From NCBI GenBank assembly GCA_963555755.3, contig OY820905.2, positions 928,001 through 992,000 of the forward strand: a stretch of DNA of 64,000 bases, given 5' to 3'. Shown piece by piece: positions 55,351 through 64,000 of the stretch (its first letter is position 1; each line of letters starts with the position of its first letter). Both the position numbers and the translations under genes were made by a program. Origin of the DNA: Nitrospirales bacterium (GTDB taxonomy: Bacteria > Nitrospirota > Nitrospiria > Nitrospirales > UBA8639). The notes under the pieces were generated by a model. That model was not told the origin of the DNA. It was given only the letters and a program-made list of their open reading frames with translations, and did no database searches.

Positions 55351-56819
55351 CAATACTGTTCACTTAGATATCTTCGGTGGTTTGATGGATGGTGTCCAGT
55401 CAATTTGCGCAACGGGCGGTCTCGGACGTTTGTACGGTGCGTATGGAGAGTTTCGGCGTTTCACCATCCTCGGCTTGATTTTTCCACGACTGGATTCACA
55501 CAACAGTTTCGCCGTCGCCTCAAACAGCAGCCGATACCATGTTTTTTGGCGCTCAGGGGGGAAGGGCCCCAGATTGGGGCAGGGTTCGACGCACTAACTG
55601 CACCGTGGCCGTAAAAGATACCGTGCGGTCAGGGATGTCTGCCTGGGTGGCCCCTTGATACATCAACCAGCGCACGGCGTAGTGGGCCATCACCCATCCG
55701 TAGAACTCTTGACGCACCAACTCTGGCGTTTTACTGCGCAGGACGCGACGACGTTGCCTCAGGTGCGTCTTCAGCTCATCAAACACCAATTCCACCTCCC
55801 AGCGCTCGTGATACAGTTGAGCCAGGTCCTGGGCGGGTGCGCCTTGGTCATCCAGCAGCGTGGTGACGAGACGGTACAGCGGTTCGCTATTGGGCCCCTG
55901 CGGTAAGACATACTCAATCACCCTGATGGCGATCCCATCAATTCGCTTTCTTCTGGCGCGTTCACTGGGATACAGATGGCTCAGGTACGAGCCATCGTCC
56001 AACAGCTTGTCAACTGGAAGGATCAAGCTCTTCGGCATGCGCCAGAGTAGTTGCGCTCCGGTCTGAAGGCCGGCCTGCCAATGGGCGTACCCGACAAAGC
56101 CGCGATCGGCCATGCAGAGCATGTCGGGCGTGAGGCGACGCACCAAGGGCGCGGCCACCTCCCATTCGGCCTGCTTATAGGCCCCTAGTTCGGCATCCAA
56201 AATGGCGTGACTGGCACATTCCGTCAAAATGGCGCACTGGGCTTGGGGGTAGCCGGCCTGCCCGGTTCGGCTCCCTGGGTACCCAAAGGCTTGCACATTG
56301 GCTTCCTCATCCGGGACCTCAAAGTTGGAGCCATCTATCGCGACGAGTCGGTAGCCTGCAAAAAAGGCGTGGGCATGCTCTGGACGAGCCAACGGGCGCA
56401 AGCAGCGCTGTCCAATGGCTTTCAGCGCCTTCCACGTCAGCCGTGAGCGGGCTTTGCTGATGGCTGATTTGACAACGGTCACGGGAGCAACGGGTTTGTG
56501 GTCTTTCCATGCCAGCCCTTGGGCCACAGCGGCAAACACCGCTTCGTACGCGGCCTCGCTGTATAAGCTCAACGCCATGGTGTAGTACACCACGGCAGAA
56601 GCGGGAAAGGTGCGGACACGTTCACTGTTACAATGATGTGCGTCAAGTTCTTCGTTGATGATGGCCACCGGAAAGGCACGAGCCAGTAATCCCGTGCTCA
56701 AATAATCCGCCAATCGAGCCCCCGCCCCCAAGCCGACTTTCTTTCTTGCCATGTTGCCTCCTCCCAGATTACGTGTGGAGGCGAAGTATAACAGATTTTC
56801 ATCTAAGTGAACAGTATTG
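55351..56819 (-). mobile_element. IS4-family insertion sequence
   Basis: 19-bp perfect TIR CAATACTGTTCACTTAGAT; 10-bp TSD AGACCTGACC. Confidence 0.93.
55553..56752 (-). CDS. IS4-family transposase (possible +1 extension to 55360)
   Basis: AIDGS, ADRGF, YHERWEVELVFDELK motifs; GGAGG SD before MARKK. Confidence 0.9.
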   Translation of the reverse strand: MARKKVGLGAGARLADYLSTGLLARAFPVAIINEELDAHHCNSERVRTFPASAVVYYTMALSLYSEAAYEAVFAAVAQGLAWKDHKPVAPVTVVKSAISKARSRLTWKALKAIGQRCLRPLARPEHAHAFFAGYRLVAIDGSNFEVPDEEANVQAFGYPGSRTGQAGYPQAQCAILTECASHAILDAELGAYKQAEWEVAAPLVRRLTPDMLCMADRGFVGYAHWQAGLQTGAQLLWRMPKSLILPVDKLLDDGSYLSHLYPSERARRKRIDGIAIRVIEYVLPQGPNSEPLYRLVTTLLDDQGAPAQDLAQLYHERWEVELVFDELKTHLRQRRRVLRSKTPELVRQEFYGWVMAHYAVRWLMYQGATQADIPDRTVSFTATVQLVRRTLPQSGALPP

Positions 56820-57077
56820 AGACCTGACCCCCAACCTGACCCCCAACCCCTCCCGGGATAGGAGTGAGGGGAGTATAGCCCAAATTGCACGTTCATGCGA
56901 CGCAATCAAGGTCACGCCATATCGGGCCTGTGAGGATTTTAGGAAACCCCGTGATTTCTACCTCACATCCGCAACACGCCTTCTTGCATAAGATGGGATA
57001 GCCAGCTAAAATCTAATTTTTTAGATGGCTATTTTAATAATTTTTTGCCATCTAATTTTCGATGATTTGGAGGCACA

Positions 57078-57272
57078 ATGAAAACGACACTTCACCTACC
57101 AGAACAGTTGCTTGAGGAAGCCATGCAGGTCACCAAGTGCTCGACCAAGAGTGAGACTGTACGGGTCGCGCTTGAAGAATTGATTCGGCACAAACGTCTC
57201 GAACAAGTGATCTCCTCGGCAGGCACCCTCTCGTTCTCTACTGATTGGGACAAAGCACGACATGCCCGATAA
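57078..57272 (+). CDS. vapB: VapB-family antitoxin
   Basis: MKTTL.L...LLEEAM...TKSETV..AL motif. Confidence 0.85.
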   Translation: MKTTLHLPEQLLEEAMQVTKCSTKSETVRVALEELIRHKRLEQVISSAGTLSFSTDWDKARHAR

Positions 57273-57681
57273 AGTTCTCATTGACACATCGATTTGGATT
57301 GAGTTTTTCAATGTAGCTCGTGGACACGTTTTCCAAGAAGTCACCCGGCTGTTACGAGAAGATCGCGCAGCATATTCAGGCATGGTGGCATTGGAGCTTA
57401 TTCGTGGAGCGAAGACCGCAAAAGAACTCAAGACGCTGGAACATTTGTTTCAGTCAATCACTCGATTTGATGAACACCCGACCTCCTATACCCAGGCGGG
57501 GCATCTTGGTTACAAACTTGCACGTAAGGGCATCACGATGGGAACAGTTGATTTGCTTATTGCCCAAATTGCCATTGACCATGCACTGGCCCTGTACACT
57601 CAGGATCATCACTTTCGCTCAATTGCGAAGCACTCGGCATTGACACTCCACCACTTCAAAGCCTCTGCATCGTCTTCCTAG
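57262..57681 (+). CDS. vapC: VapC PIN-domain toxin
   Basis: LIDTSIWI, ELIRG, DLLIA, YTQDHHF motifs. Confidence 0.9.
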   Translation: MPDKVLIDTSIWIEFFNVARGHVFQEVTRLLREDRAAYSGMVALELIRGAKTAKELKTLEHLFQSITRFDEHPTSYTQAGHLGYKLARKGITMGTVDLLIAQIAIDHALALYTQDHHFRSIAKHSALTLHHFKASASSS

Positions 57682-57700
57682 AAACGCATGTATCAAAGGT

Positions 57701-57906
57701 GAATGTTGAAAAAAGCCGCCAGCGGCGTCCTTTGTAGACGTGAAGCGTGAACCGTGAGGCGTGAAGCGTATACTGGGAAAGGTGAAGAGTGACGGGTAAA
57801 AACATTTCTTTACTCTTTACTCTTTACTCAACACCCATTACGCTTCACCCATTACGAATTTGGCCTTGCTGGATAGACCCTTCGAAAGACTCAGGCAACT
57901 GTTTTT
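57701..57906. repeat. C-family MITE derivative with heptamer-repeat core
   Basis: GAATGTTGAAAAAAGCCGCCAGCGGCGT end; CGTGAAG-like and TACTCTT tandem heptamers; GGCCTTGCTGG. Confidence 0.65.
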
Positions 57907-59417
57907 ATGCTAATAGGGGCAAAACACATTAATGATGTACATACTATTTTTACTTGAAATTTAAACATGATAATGATATTTTACCCTAAAAAATACACAA
58001 AAAATGTATCTGCTATACTTATATTTAACCTTATCATATAACCCTCAGGGCCATTTCATTCTTTTTATAAGCAAGGGATTCCATGAGGTTTTTTGTGCGC
58101 TCTTTTTCAGGGCAGGGCCATGCGGATGAATAAATGGGGCTTGCCCCAGAGCAGTCTACACGCCTGCGCGATATTGGTGTAGCCTTTCAGGCGTAAGAGA
58201 CTGATGGCATAGCGTCTCAGACAGGTCATGACCATTGGGCCATTGAGACTTCGTATCTGACTCCTGTCTTCATCAAAGGTGACGTCCAACACATAGTGCT
58301 GCTTATTCTCCACACTCCCATGCTTTCGGTTTTGCGAGAGGATGGTCTTCGGCCCGTCTTGTCTTTGGACTGACTCGTGACACCGCAGACCGCTTCGACG
58401 GTCGTGAGGCCCTGCTTGAGATGCGTCACTTCCCTCTCAATGCAGAAGACTTGCTGGACATGAGGAAAGTTGCCATAGGCATTCAGGGAGTCATCGCACC
58501 AGATCCTGCGGGTCGTGATCTGCCCATGGCCTTTCTCGGTGGTGGCATAATCACACCGGCGTGCTCGCAACGCCAAGGCCTCAATGTCGTGCTTCAAGGT
58601 GGGCTGGTTTCCCTTGACGGTGAAGACGAAGTCGGCGCCGCGTTCGTGCACCAGGTACTCGGCAATCTCTTTCTGGGTGAGGAGCGCATCCGCCGTGATC
58701 ACCTTCCCTGCGATCTCGAGCGCATCTAACAGGGGCCGCACGCAGGGGATCTCATTGGTCTTGGAGTGAACTTTTTTTGGGTGAGGTGGCGCCCGGCTTG
58801 ATGGGTGACGGCGCTGAGGACATGGGGCTGTTCGCTTGGGACCTTCGACGTCCCCCGCATGGTCTTCCCATCAATGGCAATGCCCTGATCCTCCCCGCCG
58901 AAGGTGTCCAGCCACCGGCCGAGCAGGGTATCGACTTCACAGGGGTCGACGGCCGTGATAAAGCGGTAAAGAGTGCTGCGGCTCGGGACGAGGTAGCGCC
59001 CCCCTCGCTGAGTACCGCCTAGCCGCTTGCGCATCGGCTGCGATAACGGCTGGGCCCAGTCCGAGATCGCTTCCTAGCCGCGCGCGCCGCACAAGGTGGC
59101 ACAGCACATGATCGCCGTGAGGGCGCGTCGGGTGTGCCGTTGCCCTTGCAAATGGCGGGGATCGGTCAGCTGCACCACATACGTAAAGAGGGAGTCCGTC
59201 TGCTTGGCATTCAATCGCATCTGAGGTACCGCTCCTTTCTGATAGGTCGGATCAAGCATGGGGTGTGCCAGGATCGCTCGGGCTTGGGGATGGAGACTCC
59301 TGACCAGGATACGTTTTGGGCGGTCATGCGGCACATACCGTCTCTTGGCCTTGCGAAACCCTCGGGTCAGCCCGAGCTCGTGCCAGCCGGCGGCTCGCTA
59401 GCAGGTCCCGGTGAAGC

Positions 59418-61320
59418 CAGGGCTATTTCATATTAAAGTGTAACTTTATAGATAATAAGGAATAATCGATTTAGGCTGGCTTTTTCTTTTCGTTTACGGC
59501 ATACTCTTTTGCATGCCAGACGAATCGCCAAGCGGACAGCCGGACATTGATCTGAGGCAAGTCGTGGTTCGCCCAATTGTCCGAGACGAAAAGGACGCCT
59601 TCAAGACCCTTCTCGACAGACACCACTACCTCGGTCATGCCCCGCTGATTGGCCAATCGATACAATATCTCGCCTGTGTGCAGGATCGCTGGCTGGCCTT
59701 GCTGGTGTTTGCGGCGGCGGCCCTCAAATCGAGACCGCGAGACCACTGGATCGGCTGGCCCCCCTGTTTTCAATGGCAACGACTCCATTTACTGGCCAAC
59801 AACACCCGGTTTCTCATGCTGCCGGGCTGTTCGCAAAAGAACCTCGCCTCGAAAGTCCTGTCGCTCTGCGCGAAACGGATCTCGGCCGATTGGCAACTGT
59901 ACCACGGCTACCCCTTGCTCCTCTTAGAGACCTTCGTCGATCCTGCCCGCTTCACCGGGACCTGCTATCGGGCCGCCGGGTGGCACGAGCTCGGTCTGAC
60001 ACGAGGGTTTCGCAAGTCGAACACGTGTTATGTTCAGCATGAGAGACCGAAGCGCATCCTAGTCGTGCGGCTGCATCCCCAAGCCCGAGAGATCCTTGCA
60101 CGCCCGATGCTTGATCAGCCCTATCAGAAAGGAGAAGCGCCTCAGATGAGATTGAATACAAAACAGACGGACTCCCTCTTTACGTATGTGGTGCAGCTGA
60201 CCGATCCCCGCCATTTGCAAGGGCAACGGCACACCCGACGCGCCCTCACGGCGATCATGTTCTGTGCCACCTTGTGCGGCGCGCGCGGCTATGAAGCGAT
60301 CTCGGACTGGGCCCAGCAGTTATCGCAGCCGATGCGCAAGCGGCTAGGCTGTACTCAGCGAGGGGGGCGCTACCTCGTCCCGAGCCGCAGCACTCTTTAC
60401 CGCTTTATCACGGCCGTCGACCCCTGTGAAGTCGATACCCTGCTCGGCCGGTGGCTGGACACCTTCGGCGGGGAGGATCAGGGCATTGCCATTGATGGGA
60501 AGACCATGCGGGGGACGTCGAAGGTCCCAAGCGAACAGACCCACGTCCTCAGCGCCGTCACCCATCAAGCCGGGCGCCACCTCACCCAAAAAAAGTTCAC
60601 TCCAAGACCAATGAGATCCCCTGCGTGCGGCCCCTGTTAGATGCGCTCGAGATCGCAGGGAAGGTGATCACGGCGGATGCGCTCCTCACCCAGAAAGAGA
60701 TTGCCGAGTACCTGGTGCACGAACGCGGCGCCGACTTCGTCTTCACCGTCAAGGGAAACCAGCCCACCTTGAAGCACGACATTGAGGCCTTAGCGTTGCG
60801 AGCACGCCGGTGCGATTATGCCACCACCGAGAAAGGCCATGGGCAGATCACGACCCGCAGGATCTGGTGCGATGACTCCCTGAATGCCTATGTCAACTTT
60901 CCTCATGTCCAGCAAGTCTTCTGCATTGAGAGGGAAGTGACGCATCTCAAGCAGGGCCTCACGACCGTCGAAGCGGTCTGCGGTGTCACGAGTCAGTCCA
61001 AAGACAAGGCGGGGCCGAAGACCATCCTCTCGCAAAACCGAAAGCATTGGAGTGTGGAGAATAAGCAGCATTATGTGTTGGACGTCACCTTTGATGAAGA
61101 CAGGAGTCAGATACGAAGTCTCAATGGCCCAATGGTCATGACCTGTCTGAGACGCTATGCCATCAGTCTCTTACGCCTGAAAGGCTACACCAATATCGCG
61201 CAGGCGTGTAGACTGCTCTGGGGCAAGCCCCATTTAGCCATCCGCATGGCCCTGCCCTGAAAAAGAGGGCACAAAAAACCTCATGGAATCCCTTGCTTAT
61301 AAAAAGAATGAAATGGCCCG
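59418..61320 (+). mobile_element. DUF4338-ISAs1 element, intact ORFs
   Basis: Begins CAGGGCTATTTCAT; right end has a 1-nt deletion (GGCCCG); flanked by CCGGTGAAGC. Confidence 0.92.
59513..61260 (+). CDS. DUF4338-ISAs1 transposase fusion (about 582 aa via -1 frameshift at 60589-60595)
   Basis: Same motifs as copy 1; A_AAA_AAG in ORF1 frame. Confidence 0.85.
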
Positions 61321-61330
61321 CCGGTGAAGC

Positions 61331-63234
61331 CAGGGCTATTTCATATTAAAGTGTAACTTTATAGATAATAAGGAATAATCGATTTAGGCTGGCTTTTTCT
61401 TTTCGTTTACGGCATACTCTTTTGCATGCCAGACGAATCGGCAAGCGGACAGCCGGACATTGATCTGAGGCAAGTCGTGGTTCGCCCAATTGTCCGAGAC
61501 GAAAAGGACGCCTTCAAGACCCTTCTCGACAGACACCACTACCTCGGTCATGCCCCGCTGATTGGCCAATCGATACAATATCTCGCCTGTGTGCAGGATC
61601 GCTGGCTGGCCTTGCTGGTGTTTGCGGCGGCGGCCCTCAAATCGAGACCGCGAGACCACTGGATCGGCTGGCCCCCCTGTTTTCAATGGCAACGACTCCA
61701 TTTACTGGCCAACAACACCCGGTTTCTCATGCTGCCGGGCTGTTCGCAAAAGAACCTCGCCTCGAAAGTCCTGTCGCTCTGCGCGAAACGGATCTCGGCC
61801 GATTGGCAACTGTACCACGGCTACCCCTTGCTCCTCTTAGAGACCTTCGTCGATCCTGCCCGCTTCACCGGGACCTGCTATCGGGCCGCCGGGTGGCACG
61901 AGCTCGGTCTGACACGAGGGTTTCGCAAGTCGAACACGTGTTATGTTCAGCATGAGAGACCGAAGCGCATCCTAGTCGTGCGGCTGCATCCCCAAGCCCG
62001 AGAGATCCTTGCACGCCCGATGCTTGATCAGCCCTATCAGAAAGGAGAAGCGCCTCAGATGAGATTGAATACAAAACAGACGGACTCCCTCTTTACGTAT
62101 GTGGTGCAGCTGACCGATCCCCGCCATTTGCAAGGGCAACGGCACACCCGACGCGCCCTCACGGCGATCATGTTCTGTGCCACCTTGTGCGGCGCGCGCG
62201 GCTATGAAGCGATCTCGGACTGGGCCCAGCAGTTATCGCAGCCGATGCGCAAGCGGCTAGGCTGTACTCAGCGAGGGGGGCGCTACCTCGTCCCGAGCCG
62301 CAGCACTCTTTACCGCTTTATCACGGCCGTCGACCCCTGTGAAGTCGATACCCTGCTCGGCCGGTGGCTGGACACCTTCGGCGGGGAGGATCAGGGCATT
62401 GCCATTGATGGGAAGACCATGCGGGGGACGTCGAAGGTCCCAAGCGAACAGACCCACGTCCTCAGCGCCGTCACCCATCAAGCCGGGCGCCACCTCACCC
62501 AAAAAAAGTTCACTCCAAGACCAATGAGATCCCCTGCGTGCGGCCCCTGTTAGATGCGCTCGAGATCGCAGGGAAGGTGATCACGGCGGATGCGCTCCTC
62601 ACCCAGAAAGAGATTGCCGAGTACCTGGTGCACGAACGCGGCGCCGACTTCGTCTTCACCGTCAAGGGAAACCAGCCCACCTTGAAGCACGACATTGAGG
62701 CCTTAGCGTTGCGAGCACGCCGGTGCGATTATGCCACCACCGAGAAAGGCCATGGGCAGATCACGACCCGCAGGATCTGGTGCGATGACTCCCTGAATGC
62801 CTATGTCAACTTTCCTCATGTCCAGCAAGTCTTCTGCATTGAGAGGGAAGTGACGCATCTCAAGCAGGGCCTCACGACCGTCGAAGCGGTCTGCGGTGTC
62901 ACGAGTCAGTCCAAAGACAAGGCGGGGCCGAAGACCATCCTCTCGCAAAACCGAAAGCATTGGAGTGTGGAGAATAAGCAGCATTATGTGTTGGACGTCA
63001 CCTTTGATGAAGACAGGAGTCAGATACGAAGTCTCAATGGCCCAATGGTCATGACCTGTCTGAGACGCTATGCCATCAGTCTCTTACGCCTGAAAGGCTA
63101 CACCAATATCGCGCAGGCGTGTAGACTGCTCTGGGGCAAGCCCCATTTAGCCATCCGCATGGCCCTGCCCTGAAAAAGAGGGCACAAAAAACCTCATGGA
63201 ATCCCTTGCTTATAAAAAGAATGAAATGGCCCTG
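61331..63234 (+). mobile_element. DUF4338-ISAs1 element, tandem copy
   Basis: Nearly identical to 59418-61320; flanked by CCGGTGAAGC. Confidence 0.92.
61426..63173 (+). CDS. DUF4338-ISAs1 transposase fusion (via -1 frameshift)
   Basis: ORFs 61426-62553 and 62538-63173; same slippery site. Confidence 0.85.
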
Positions 63235-64000
63235 CCGGTGAAGCGGGCAGGGTCGACGAACGTCTCTAAAAGGAGTAAGGGGTAGCCATGACACTGTTGC
63301 CAATCGGCCGCGATCCGTTTCGCGCAGAGCGCCAGGACTTTCGAGGCGAGGTTCTTTTGCGAGCAGTCCGGCAGGATGAGAAACCGGGTGTTGTTGGCCA
63401 GTCAATGGAGGCGGTGCCAGTGAAAACAGGGAGCCCAGCCGATCCAGTGGTCGCGCGGTTTCGATTTGAGGGCCGCCGCCGCAAACACCAGCAAGGCCAG
63501 CCAGCGATCCTGCACACAGGCGAGATATTGGATCGAGGGGCCAATCAACGGGGCCGGGCCGAGGTAGTGATGTCGGGCGAGGAGGGACTTGAAGGCGTCC
63601 TGCTCGTCCCGGACAATTGGGCGAACCACGACTTGCCTCAGATCAATGACCGGCTGTCCGCTGGGCGATTCGTCTGGCATGCAAAAGAGTATGCCGTAAA
63701 CGAAAAGAAAAAGCCAGCCTAAATCGATTATTCCTTATTATCTATAAAGTTACACTCTAATATGAATTAGCCCTGTATAACCCTATTGTCTGGCATACGA
63801 AAACCTTCAAATGGAGCCTATACCCTCATGCGCTTTCCCGCTTCGGCCCCTCAGCCGAGATTCGTACATCCCATGCTATTCAGATTTGCAAGGCCCGCCA
63901 CAGCAGCCCGTCATCGGCTTCGTCACCGAGCCACAATAGCGTTCAGCCTCTTACTATTGAGCTTGCTGCTGCCAGGGGGGCACGTGCTGGCTCGGGATCT

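Larger units (their letters stand above)
58046..63775 (-). mobile_element. Decayed DUF4338-ISAs1 element (host copy) interrupted by two sibling copies
   Basis: TIRs at 58046 and 63775; 9-bp TSD TATAACCCT; fragmented ORFs with in-frame stops and frameshifts. Confidence 0.9.

Noticed and set aside
58046..63775. Complete Druantia defence system
   Set aside because: Only the DruA-like domain is present, inside IS ends; no DruE-like helicase or other partners

Overview
A 64-kb bacterial chromosomal window, possibly from a Nitrospirales-like organism (weak inference from gene content). Housekeeping and accessory genes include rmlACDB, an ArnT-like glycosyltransferase, rlpA, pncB, nfeD-floA, a sigma-70 factor, a DEAD-box helicase, a very large frameshift-split PAS/GAF hybrid kinase, fdhD with an FdhF/YdeP oxidoreductase, and rsmJ. 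The mobile content is dense. (i) Four copies of a ~1.9-kb ISAs1-family IS whose transposase carries an N-terminal DUF4338/DruA-like domain and needs a conserved -1 frameshift at A_AAA_AAG; two copies form a tandem dimer inside a third. (ii) Two IS4-family elements. (iii) At least seven short TIR-bounded MITE families, often nested; most share an ERIC-like hairpin core, and one has recently disrupted two genes. (iv) A directional non-TIR repeat found only just downstream of genes. (v) Six toxin-antitoxin-like modules, several lying between a gene and displaced copies of that gene's own 3' end. (vi) A degenerate integron-cassette remnant next to a tRNA-Arg fragment. No CRISPR array, rRNA or intact tRNA was seen.
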